In this document: in pieces, positions 10,572-19,049 of the stretch
Layout: every line of letters starts with the position of its first letter
Numbering within the stretch: position 1 is the stretch's first letter
Assembly: GCA_965242865.1 (NCBI GenBank)
Contig: CBDETK010000013.1
Coordinates: 1,440,001-1,504,000 of the forward strand
Length of the DNA stretch: 64,000 nt
From: Candidatus Latescibacterota bacterium
Lineage (GTDB): Bacteria > Latescibacterota > UBA2968 > UBA8231
Direction of reading: 5' to 3'
The notes under the pieces: generated by a model
Database searches by the model: none
Told to the model about the DNA's origin: nothing
What the model saw: only the letters and a program-made list of their open reading frames with translations
Position numbers and translations under genes: made by a program

Positions 10572-10814
10572 CTAGGAGGCGGCTTGGTCTTTGTCTTTGT
10601 CGTTGGACTGGGCCTCGGTCTGGGCCGGCGGAGCCGCTGGCGGCGTGGGTTGCTTAGGGACCTCGATTTCGTCCTGCACGTCGCGCATGGCGCTGCGGAA
10701 CTCGCGGATGCCCTTGCCCAAGCCCTGAGCCATCTCCGGGATGCGCTTGGCGCCGAAGATGAGCAGAATGACGACGAAGATGATGAGTATTTCCCAATGG
10801 CCCATACCGAACAT
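10572..10814 (-). CDS. tatA: Twin-arginine translocase TatA/E
   Basis: TM helix followed by FGAKRIPEMAQGLGKGIREF. Confidence 0.93.
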   Translation of the reverse strand: MFGMGHWEILIIFVVILLIFGAKRIPEMAQGLGKGIREFRSAMRDVQDEIEVPKQPTPPAAPPAQTEAQSNDKDKDQAAS

Positions 10815-10838
10815 GGCTCTATCCCCCGGAAGATGGTT

Positions 10839-11120
10839 TTAATAGCTGTGGCGGAAGTAGTACCAGCCGACGAAGAGTCCCAACATAGTGATTAGGTTGA
10901 ACTTTAGCGACAGCTCAAACGAAAAGGACAGGATGATGAGGTTGAACATGTGCGGCCCAATGGAATACTCCACGTAGCGCAACAGGGCGAGCTCGACGAT
11001 GGTATCGGGGCCGACGAGGCCGATGAGGACGAACCGCAGCATCTCGCCGACGAGGTTGGCGCCGATCATACAGGTGAAGAGGATGAGGATCAGGTGGCTG
11101 AGGGGCTTGTCGTGCGGCAT
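10839..11120 (-). CDS. Small membrane protein (DUF4321-like)
   Basis: Hydrophobic 93-aa ORF tightly packed between pssA and tatA. Confidence 0.6.
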   Translation of the reverse strand: MPHDKPLSHLILILFTCMIGANLVGEMLRFVLIGLVGPDTIVELALLRYVEYSIGPHMFNLIILSFSFELSLKFNLITMLGLFVGWYYFRHSY

Positions 11121-11126
11121 GATAAC

Positions 11127-11822
11127 TCAGGCGTGTTGCGTGACGTCGCCGTGCAAGAGCCGGAAGATCCAGCGACACGGCCCGGAGAAGACATACACGA
11201 GGATCATAGGAAAGAAAAAGAGGCCGTCGTAAATGATCAGCCCGACCGTGGCGATGAAGTAAAGCTGCTTGAAGCGGTCGCTCAAGGAAGTGCCGCGAAA
11301 GTTGGGAACGCTGTCGTACGAGAGCCGACTCACCATCAGGAGAGACAGCACCAAAATCAGGAGCACGGCCAGCGGCGTGGCGTGGGGAATGGGCCAGGCT
11401 TTGACAAAGACCACGTATTGGGTGAGGCAGACCGCGGCCGTGGGAATGGCCAACCCCATGTAAAATTCGCCGCGCTCGCCCTCTAGACTAAGCGCGTTGA
11501 AGCGGGCGAGACGCATGGTGCCGCACAACAGGTATGCAAAGGCCAGCGCCAGCCCCCAGCCGGTTGGCAGGTGGGCCTGATAGACGATGGCCGCGGGGAC
11601 AATGCCAAAGGTGCAAGCATCGACGATGGAGTCGAAGTGAAGCCCAAACGGGGAATCGCGCCCCATGACCCGGGCGAGTTGACCGTCCATTTTGTCGAGG
11701 ACCGCGCCCAAGAAGATGAGCCAAGCGGCTGGTACATAGCTGCCGTTGAAGGCGTAGTGCAGGGCGAGGAACCCGCAGAACAAGTTGCCGATGGTGAACG
11801 CGTTGGGTATGAACTGCCTCAT
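11127..11822 (-). CDS. pssA: CDP-diacylglycerol--serine O-phosphatidyltransferase
   Basis: IPNAFTIGNLFCGF, DKMDGQLAR...FG..FDS..D, RLARFN. Confidence 0.9.
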   Translation of the reverse strand: MRQFIPNAFTIGNLFCGFLALHYAFNGSYVPAAWLIFLGAVLDKMDGQLARVMGRDSPFGLHFDSIVDACTFGIVPAAIVYQAHLPTGWGLALAFAYLLCGTMRLARFNALSLEGERGEFYMGLAIPTAAVCLTQYVVFVKAWPIPHATPLAVLLILVLSLLMVSRLSYDSVPNFRGTSLSDRFKQLYFIATVGLIIYDGLFFFPMILVYVFSGPCRWIFRLLHGDVTQHA

Positions 11823-11841
11823 TTTTGCATCCTTCTCGTCG

Positions 11842-12978
11842 CTAGCGGCGCGTCCGGTGGGGACGCTCTTCAAGGGTTAGGTCTAGGGTGTAGGGCTCGT
11901 TGTGGCGCACCACCTCTAGGGCGGCCACTTCGCCGACTCGCAAGACGCGCAGCGCGTGAATGGCTTCGTCGGCGTTGGCGATTGGCTCGTGGTTGATCGC
12001 GACGATCACATCGCCGCTTTCGAGGCCGGCCCGCTCGGCCGGACTGTCGCGGGTGATTCGGACGACTAAGGCTCCAGCGGTGGAAGCGAGCTTTAGGTAC
12101 TCGGCTAGATTCGCGGTGATGTCTTGGACAGCTAGGATGCCGGTCCAAGCGCGGCGCACTTGGCCGTGCTGGCGAATTTCCTCCAGGAAGCTGGCGGCCG
12201 TGTCAATGGGAATGGCGAAGCCAATGCCGATAGAGCCGCTGTCGTACTCGCTGCCGGTGTAGATGAAGCTGTTGATGCCTATGACTTGGCCATCGGCATT
12301 GACGAGAGGACCGCCGCTGTTGCCCCTGTTAATGGCTGCATCGGTCTGAATCATGTCTCGATAGTAGTAGTCGCCTTGGGGTTCGGAAAAATCGCGATCT
12401 AGGGCACTGACGACGCCGATGCTGACGGTAGGCCCCAAATCGAAGGGATTGCCGATGGCAATGGCCCATTCGCCGACCAGAATATCGCCCGAAGTCCCCA
12501 GCGGCGCAACCGGCAGGTTGCCGTCATCTACCTTGAGAACCGCGAGGTCAAAGTTGAAGTCTGAGGCCACGTAGCGGGCCTCAAAGGTGCGGCCGTCGGG
12601 CGCGGACAGCGAGGCCGTGATCTTCTGTACATGGCGTGGGTCGCCGACGACGTGGCTGTTGGTGAGAATGTAGCCCTCGCCATCGACGACAAATCCCGAG
12701 CCGGTAGAGGTGCGGTATTGATCTTGGGGCACGTAGTAGAACGGCGAGAAAAAGTTCCAATACGGGTCGCGCGGCCGGTACAGGCTATAGGCGCGCTGTC
12801 GGTAGCGCACATAGAGGCTGACGACGGCCGGCTGCACCCGCTCTACGGCCTGCACTACGGCGGTGCGGCGCGATTGGCTAATGGACGCGCCGGCCGAGTT
12901 CAGGGCCAATGCCAGCAGAGCGAGGGACCAGATAAAGGGCAAGAGCGCACCTCGGGAAATGAATTTTGCCAACGACAA
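11842..12978 (-). CDS. HtrA/DegP-family serine protease with PDZ domain
   Basis: GSGFVV, ILTNSHVV, DLAVLK, IQTDAAINRGNSGGPL, SPAERAGL; start codon uncertain. Confidence 0.92.
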   Translation of the reverse strand: MSLAKFISRGALLPFIWSLALLALALNSAGASISQSRRTAVVQAVERVQPAVVSLYVRYRQRAYSLYRPRDPYWNFFSPFYYVPQDQYRTSTGSGFVVDGEGYILTNSHVVGDPRHVQKITASLSAPDGRTFEARYVASDFNFDLAVLKVDDGNLPVAPLGTSGDILVGEWAIAIGNPFDLGPTVSIGVVSALDRDFSEPQGDYYYRDMIQTDAAINRGNSGGPLVNADGQVIGINSFIYTGSEYDSGSIGIGFAIPIDTAASFLEEIRQHGQVRRAWTGILAVQDITANLAEYLKLASTAGALVVRITRDSPAERAGLESGDVIVAINHEPIANADEAIHALRVLRVGEVAALEVVRHNEPYTLDLTLEERPHRTRR

Positions 12979-13043
12979 AACGTAGAAATTATATAATCAT
13001 CATACCCATAGGTTGCAAGTAGTACGCGCCGCTCTTTGATCTA

Positions 13044-13199
13044 GTTGGGGCGGCCCTCCGTACCTACCCGTAAGAATTTCGTTGGGGCGGCCCTCCGTAC
13101 CTGCCCGTAAGAATTTCGTTGGGGCAGGCCTCCGTACCTGCCCGTAAGAATTTCGTTGGGGCAGGCCTCCGTTGGGGCAGGCCCCCGTGCCTGCCCGTT
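13044..13199. repeat. 37-bp tandem REP-like array (3 full units plus partial units)
   Basis: GTTGGGGC(G/A)G(C/G)CCTCCGTACCT(A/G)CCCGTAAGAATTTC starting at 13044, 13081, 13118; shortened units at 13155 and 13171. Confidence 0.85.
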
Positions 13200-13633
13200 A
13201 CAGCGGCAAACTTAGCACCAGCGGTTAGCGAATGAACGAGACGATGGTTAAGCATTTCATATCAGGCAGGGGCTTTGCTGTGGGGCAAAACCCTGTTGGG
13301 TGCTTGGAATCGTCGTCGGATTTAATATATCGTAAGTCCTTGAAAAATAATAACCTAACCCCCTCCCGAAAATTCTCCGCTAGCACCAAGCACTAAACTC
13401 TCTACTTCTCAGCATCGGCCGACGGATCGTGTGCGACCATTGGGCGTCGCGTCGGTCTGGCCGCGTGGCCCCAAACCGCACGCGGCCGGTCGGCCTTCGT
13501 CTGTACGCCGTGTTCTTAGGCTGGGGTCCTGTCCAAGTCTCGCCCTAGGATGCGCCCCGCCGCTTTTGGGGCGTCATGCCCCTCTTCCACACCTCCATAC
13601 CATTTCTTCCCAAACCATACAAAGGAGCAAAAC

Positions 13634-14344
13634 ATGCCTTCGTTGAAATCGATAAAACCCCTGCTTGCGTTCGTCCTTTTGGGCATCGTCGGTGCTTGGA
13701 TGGGCTGTTCGGACTCCGCGCCGGTGGCCTCTCGTCCGGCGGGCAAAGCCACCTGTTCCTTATGCGAATTCTTGGGCGACGACACCTATACCGCTACCGA
13801 CGGGCTGCCCGCCCCGGAAAACCCCGACACCACCCAAACCGACGCCGACGCCGATAGCACCCAAGCGGCCACCGTGGAGTTTGCCGACGCCAATCTGGAG
13901 CGGTGTATGCGGGAAGCGTTGGATCGCCCGGCAGGGCCGCTGACCCCGGCGGACTTGGCGGCCCTGACCGAACTCGACGCGAGCTATAAGAACATTGAGA
14001 GCGTGGCCGGCCTCCAACACGCGACAGCACTAGACACGTTGGAGCTAAATAACAACTCGATTGCGAGTGTGGATTCGTTGAGACGCCTAACCAATATGAC
14101 AAGGATGACGCTACGCAACAACCAGATTGTGAGTGTGGATTCGTTGAAACACCTAACCAATATGACACTTCTGGATCTACAAAACAACCAGATTACGGAT
14201 GCGAGTCCGTTGATCCCCATAGCTGAGGCGCAAGGCTTGAGCTTGTGGATATATCTGACGAACAATCCCCTCAGCCAAGCATCAAAAACCACACACATCC
14301 CCGCCATGCAGGCCGTCGGCACCACGGTTCAATATTCCCCCTAA
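13634..14344 (+). CDS. Internalin-type leucine-rich-repeat lipoprotein
   Basis: AAGGAG RBS; lipobox-like AWMGC; FADANLE cap; L.L.NNQI repeats. Confidence 0.8.
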   Translation: MPSLKSIKPLLAFVLLGIVGAWMGCSDSAPVASRPAGKATCSLCEFLGDDTYTATDGLPAPENPDTTQTDADADSTQAATVEFADANLERCMREALDRPAGPLTPADLAALTELDASYKNIESVAGLQHATALDTLELNNNSIASVDSLRRLTNMTRMTLRNNQIVSVDSLKHLTNMTLLDLQNNQITDASPLIPIAEAQGLSLWIYLTNNPLSQASKTTHIPAMQAVGTTVQYSP

Positions 14345-14435
14345 GGATGAGGCCAGCGAGGCGATTAGCACGGTTATCGGCTTAGTGCGGAGGCTGTTGT
14401 CCCCAGCGTCCGGGCTGGAGGGCGTCGCGCTGGGG

Positions 14436-14741
14436 CTAGTCCGGCAAGAGGCCGCCTAGGCGAAGGAGCGCGTCAAAGCGGTCGTTTTTGGCGGCCTTGT
14501 TCTTTTTGATCATGCCGCACTCGGTGCAGCGGTGGACGAGGACGTACTCGCCGCGTTTGATGGTAAATCCCACCGGCTCCATTGAGCCGCGACACCGCGC
14601 TGCGCGATCGCCCGGATGTACATCGACGTGTTGGCTCCAAAGGCATTCGGGGCAGTGATTGGTGTAGCCATTGCCCTGCGCGAAAAAGCCACAATGGACG
14701 CAGGTAAAATTTTCAAGACGCCGCTGGAATTTCCTGCCCAT
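14436..14741 (-). CDS. RNHCP domain (Zn-binding) protein
   Basis: FTCVHCG, TNHCPECLWSQHVD..PGDRA..C.G.MEP, HRCTECG. Confidence 0.88.
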   Translation of the reverse strand: MGRKFQRRLENFTCVHCGFFAQGNGYTNHCPECLWSQHVDVHPGDRAARCRGSMEPVGFTIKRGEYVLVHRCTECGMIKKNKAAKNDRFDALLRLGGLLPD

Positions 14742-14746
14742 TTAGA

Positions 14747-15496
14747 CTAGCCCATTTCCGCGCTCGCGGGGTATGCCACCCACAACAGGCACAGGCCACG
14801 CGCTGGGGCGGTGGCACCGGCTGCGGTGCGGTCGCCGCTGGCGAGCAGCTCGCCCATGGCCGTTGCCGGCCGCACGCCGCGGCCGATTTCGACCATCGTG
14901 CCGACGAGGATCCGCACCATGTGGCGGAGGAAGCGGTTGGCCTCAATTTCAAAGACCAGCTCGGGGCCGCGTTGGAACCAAGCCGCGTCAAAGACGCGAC
15001 AGGTCTGATGTTCGGGGATGGGGTCTTGCTTGCAAAAGGCCCCGAAAGAGTGGGAGCCGCACAGCGCACGCGCCGCCGCGACCATGGGCGCCAAAGATAG
15101 CTTTGGATAATAGGTCCACACCTGAGCGCGGTTGACCGCGGCCTTGCCTTGGTGAATGCGGTAGCGATAGCACTTGCGGGTCGCGCTGTAGCGAGCGTGG
15201 AAGTCGGCGGCGACTTCGTCGGCCATGCACACGGCAATGTCTGGGGGCAATAGGCCGTTGAGGCCGCGGACTAACCGGTCGGCGGGCAGCGCGGCCTCGG
15301 TCTGGAAATGAGCCACCTGCCCGAGGGCATGGGTCCCGGCGTCCGTGCGCCCCGCGCCGATCAGGCGAGTTGGTGCTTTGAGTAGGATACACAGGGCTTG
15401 TTCGAGCGTGTCTTGCACGGTGCGACCGCTCTTTTGGCACTGCCAACCGGCAAAGTGGGTGCCGTCGTATTCGAGCACCAAGCGCAGCGTCCGCAT
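14747..15496 (-). CDS. truA: tRNA pseudouridine(38-40) synthase
   Basis: EYDGTHFAGWQ, GAGRTDAGTHA, FLRHMVR. Confidence 0.96.
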   Translation of the reverse strand: MRTLRLVLEYDGTHFAGWQCQKSGRTVQDTLEQALCILLKAPTRLIGAGRTDAGTHALGQVAHFQTEAALPADRLVRGLNGLLPPDIAVCMADEVAADFHARYSATRKCYRYRIHQGKAAVNRAQVWTYYPKLSLAPMVAAARALCGSHSFGAFCKQDPIPEHQTCRVFDAAWFQRGPELVFEIEANRFLRHMVRILVGTMVEIGRGVRPATAMGELLASGDRTAAGATAPARGLCLLWVAYPASAEMG

Positions 15497-15500
15497 CGCC

Positions 15501-16298
15501 CTAGTGCAGATAGTACACGAACGCGACCAAGCCTAGGGCGGCCAAGGCGGCTAGGCCGTCGGCGCGGCCAAAGCGCAACGGGCGATAGTGCGTGCGCGTC
15601 GTCCCGCAGGTGTAGCACTGGCTTTCCATGGCCAAGGCGAGGCGGTCGGCGCGGCTACAGGCCGCCACGAGGAGGGGCACGAGCAAGGGGACGAGGCTTT
15701 TGATGCGGCGCAGAAACGGGCCGCTAAAGTCGGCTCCGCGCGCCAATTGGGCTTTGTGCAGACGCTCGGCTTCGTCGAGGAGCACGGGAATAAACCGCAG
15801 GGCAATGGCGATCATCAGGGCCAGATCGCCGGCCGGAAAGCCGAAGCGGCGCAAGGGACTGAAGAGGTGCTGGAGCCCGCTGGTTATTTCCATCGGCGCG
15901 GTGGTCAGGGTCAACAGGGTAGCAGCGACAATGGCCGCGGCCAGCCGCGCCGTAAAGAAGGCCCCTAAGCGCAGGCCCTCGGCCGTCAGCGCGTGCTCAA
16001 AAGGCCCCGACAAAATGGCCCGACCCGGCGTGAGCAGCGCGTGGAGACCAAAGGTGAACAGGAAGAGCCACGCAAAGGTCTTGAGCTGGCGCAGCATGAG
16101 GCGCGCCGGCACCCGCGCCAAGACGGTGGCCAAAAGCAGGAAGGCCCCCAGTAGCAGCAGGGCGAGTGCATTGGGTGCTGCAAAGGCCGCCAGCGTCAGC
16201 GCGCCAACGGCCCCCAGCTTGGTGCGCGGGTCGAGGCGATGGATCGGGGAATCGAGCGCGATGTAGCGGCCGAGCGCGATGTCCTGCAAAAAGGCCAC
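15501..16298 (-). CDS. ecfT: Energy-coupling factor transporter transmembrane component T
   Basis: SPIHRLDPRTKL, IALRFIP, AQLARG, LALAMES. Confidence 0.9.
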   Translation of the reverse strand: MAFLQDIALGRYIALDSPIHRLDPRTKLGAVGALTLAAFAAPNALALLLLGAFLLLATVLARVPARLMLRQLKTFAWLFLFTFGLHALLTPGRAILSGPFEHALTAEGLRLGAFFTARLAAAIVAATLLTLTTAPMEITSGLQHLFSPLRRFGFPAGDLALMIAIALRFIPVLLDEAERLHKAQLARGADFSGPFLRRIKSLVPLLVPLLVAACSRADRLALAMESQCYTCGTTRTHYRPLRFGRADGLAALAALGLVAFVYYLH

Positions 16299-16301
16299 GG
16301 G

Positions 16302-17267
16302 CTAGGGCAAGAAGCGGTTGGTAAAAACCGCGCCCGCTTGTACGACGCCTTCTTCGATCAGGCCGACGGTCACCATTTGTTCCACTAGCTCCTGCCAGCG
16401 CTCTAGGGTCATGCTGCCGAGGCCGTTTTGTTGGGCTACGGGGTCGAGAATCATGGCGATGGATTCGGCCGCGCCATAAGCCAGAATGTCCATACCCATC
16501 TCGGGGTTGAGCGCGTTGATATGTCGGTTGGTCGCCTCGGGCTCGGCGAGGTATTGCTCCCATCCTTTGACGCTGGCGCGGACCATCGCCCCGACGAGTT
16601 CGGGCTCGGCCTTGACGCGCTCTTCAGTGGTGATGAGCACACTGGCATAGGGATTGAAGCCGGTGTCGGCTACGAGCAGGGCCTTGGGGTTGGCCCCCTT
16701 GGCCTTGGCGACAAACGGCTCGCTAAAGACGTAGCCCTGCTGGGCGAAATTCTCGTCGGCGAGGAATTGGGCCACATTGCCGGGGTAGGGGACGATGGTG
16801 ACGCCTTCAAATGGGTATTTCCAGCGCAGATAGTGCGAGAAGGCCGGGCGTTGGGCTAGGGCCAACGTGATGTTGTTGATTTGGGCGATGGAATCGATGC
16901 CCGCGCTCTCGTGGACCATGATGCAGTGCGGGCTGATCTGGTAGGAAGCCATGAGCGCGACCACCGGGATTTGTTGGGCGCGGGCGTAGAGGATGTCGTC
17001 GGCGTTGACGATGCCAAAGGCCACCGCACCGGTTGCCACGCGCTGGACGACCGGCGCGTCCGGGCCGCCGCCGAGGATTTCGACCTCAACGCCGCTTTCT
17101 GCGTAGTATCCGTGGACAGCCGCCGCGTACAAGCCGCCGTGCTCGGCTTCCGGGAACCAGTTGAGCGCGACTTGGACGGCGGGCGGGGCTTCGGCTGAAG
17201 GTGCTTCTTCCTTAGCGGCGCAGGCGATTAGTACGAGGCTAGCTAGCAGTGCGTAAGTCGGTAGCAT
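16302..17267 (-). CDS. NitT/TauT (NMT1/THI5-like) ABC substrate-binding lipoprotein
   Basis: LNWFPEAEHGGLYAA...GYY, GGPD, GFNPY; lipobox LIAC. Confidence 0.88.
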   Translation of the reverse strand: MLPTYALLASLVLIACAAKEEAPSAEAPPAVQVALNWFPEAEHGGLYAAAVHGYYAESGVEVEILGGGPDAPVVQRVATGAVAFGIVNADDILYARAQQIPVVALMASYQISPHCIMVHESAGIDSIAQINNITLALAQRPAFSHYLRWKYPFEGVTIVPYPGNVAQFLADENFAQQGYVFSEPFVAKAKGANPKALLVADTGFNPYASVLITTEERVKAEPELVGAMVRASVKGWEQYLAEPEATNRHINALNPEMGMDILAYGAAESIAMILDPVAQQNGLGSMTLERWQELVEQMVTVGLIEEGVVQAGAVFTNRFLP

Positions 17268-17438
17268 GACGAGACTCCGTGGTTTAGAAGGTTTTGAAAA
17301 CTCTTGAGCGGCTGTCGCCGCTGTATCCGCAACGGGGCTTGTTCAAGCGATTCGTCAAAGCGAATGACGCGGCTCTGGCTGCGCTCTCCTCGGCGGCCAT
17401 TTCGCGCTTTGAGCTCATTTTTTAGTTACTTTCTCTGT

Positions 17439-17750
17439 ATGTATGAGGTCGTCGTCAAGCGTAGCCTCCTCAAAAGCATCGAGAAGATGCCCCAGCCTAT
17501 CCAGCGCAAGATGGCAAACGTCTTTGAGACTGAATGGTATCGCCAGATTAAATTGAGCATGACTCCCGGCGATAATCTCAAAATTTATCGGGACAATCGC
17601 GGCTGGACTCAAGCTCAGTTGGGCGACAAGCTAGGCGGCCTACCGCGGCAGCACATTTCCAACATGGAACGGGGCGTGCGCCCTATCAGCAAAAACATGG
17701 CGAAAAGACTCGCGCTGATTTTTGCGGTCCCTCCAAGCAAGTTTATCTGA
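17439..17750 (+). pseudogene. In-frame fusion of a RelE-like toxin N-terminus to an XRE/HigA-type HTH antitoxin C-terminus
   Basis: MYEVVVKRSLLKSIEKMPQPIQRKMA (RelE-like start) joined to NVFETEWY...PGDNLKIYRDNRGWTQAQLG...ISNMERG (HTH_3). Confidence 0.6.
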
Positions 17751-17857
17751 CTGCTATCGCTCGTCGGCATAGCTGACGGCGTGGGACAGCCACTGTTGCG
17801 GCGTCCGGCCAGCAAGACGCGCTCGCGTTCCGAATTGAACTGAAATTACGCGGTGGC

Positions 17858-18829
17858 CTACTCGGCTTGGTCTAACAGAGGTCTAAAGGCTTCAAGGCTG
17901 GAGACCTGTATGGCCGCCCGATGCAACTGCTTGAGACGCTGCACATCGTCGATGGCCCCAATGCGGGCGGCCAACGGATCCGACGCCGCCAGCCCAAAGC
18001 GAATCGCTAGCACCTCGAGCAGATCTTCAACGGCGCGTTCTCGGCCGCCTTGCTCGATGCCTTGCTCGATGCCCTGCTCGATGCCCTGCTCGATGCCCTG
18101 CTCAATGCCCTGCTCGATGCCCTGCTCAATGCCCTGCTTGATGCCCTGCTCAATGCCCTTTTCCGTGAAATACTGCACTACCGACGACTCGTACATGGTC
18201 TCCTCCGCGATGATGGTCGTAATCGTGTCTAAGTTATACACCAACCCGCTCAATATCGCAAGATTGGCCAAGTAATTGGCCTGGCGGGATTCGTCTAGCG
18301 GCACCTGTTGTGCCCGGTTGACACACTGGCGCAACCACCCCTCGGCATCTATCCCCGCGGGCGGCTGCATCAACGGCGCAAACGGCAGTAAGCCCGAAGG
18401 CCCCTCCTCAAGTATGCGTTGGCCATCGAGCTCAATCAGCCGACTCACCTTGTATTGCACCAACACGCGGTAGCCGGGTCGCTCTTGGAGATAATACCCC
18501 GGATCGTGCCGGCCGGCGTCCGGGCGCAAGTAGATGACGTTGGAGTAGATCGGGCACTTGTGCTGCTCAATGCCGCGTCCGATATAGCCGACCATGCGGA
18601 GGGGCATGGGCGGTTTGCTGTCGGTGGTTTGAAACTCGTGATGGACCAACGCCTCGATGCCATCGACATGGACGCGAATGAGGCTATCGGTGCGATGGGT
18701 TTCGACGGTGGTTTGCTCGGTCTCGACGACGCCGCGGACTTGGATGTCGTCCTGTTGAAGGGCGAATCGGGCGAAGTCCGTTGGGTAGGCGTGGATGAGA
18801 TGCTTGGCGATGGTGTCGAATTCGGCCAT
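17858..18829 (-). CDS. Rpn/YhgA-like PD-(D/E)XK protein with GIEQ coiled-coil repeats
   Basis: FDTIAKHL, RTDSL, HHEFQT, MPLRM..Y; (GIEQ)n; C-terminal LLEVLAIRFG...L.QL...A. Confidence 0.85.
   Translation of the reverse strand: MAEFDTIAKHLIHAYPTDFARFALQQDDIQVRGVVETEQTTVETHRTDSLIRVHVDGIEALVHHEFQTTDSKPPMPLRMVGYIGRGIEQHKCPIYSNVIYLRPDAGRHDPGYYLQERPGYRVLVQYKVSRLIELDGQRILEEGPSGLLPFAPLMQPPAGIDAEGWLRQCVNRAQQVPLDESRQANYLANLAILSGLVYNLDTITTIIAEETMYESSVVQYFTEKGIEQGIKQGIEQGIEQGIEQGIEQGIEQGIEQGIEQGGRERAVEDLLEVLAIRFGLAASDPLAARIGAIDDVQRLKQLHRAAIQVSSLEAFRPLLDQAE
18050..18157. repeat. 12-bp tandem repeat x9 encoding GI(E/K)Q
   Basis: GGCAT(C/T)(G/A)AGCA(G/A) units on the minus strand. Confidence 0.9.
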
Positions 18830-19049
18830 GGGTTTTGCCTTGGTTGCGGGTGGGGTGGTATCCGCAATAAGGCAAAAATCGTGCCATGGCGTCGGCTCAG
18901 AGGGGCGGCTTGGGATCGGCGGCGTTGGAGTGTAGCGAAAAGGGTACAGGCGTGGGACGTTGGGGACAAAAGCGGCGTACCGACATGGTCAACGGTGATC
19001 TGGTTGTGATTTGCATGGCATGTCGATGAGTTCCACTTGCCGCTAGTCG

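Noticed and set aside
13044-13199. Possible CRISPR array
   Set aside because: The intervening segments are identical (TAAGAATTTC), so this is a tandem REP-like repeat without unique spacers.
13205-14390. CIRCE-like TTAGCAC/TAGCAC boxes near 13212, 13381 and 14364
   Set aside because: None has the N9-GAGTGCTAA second half.
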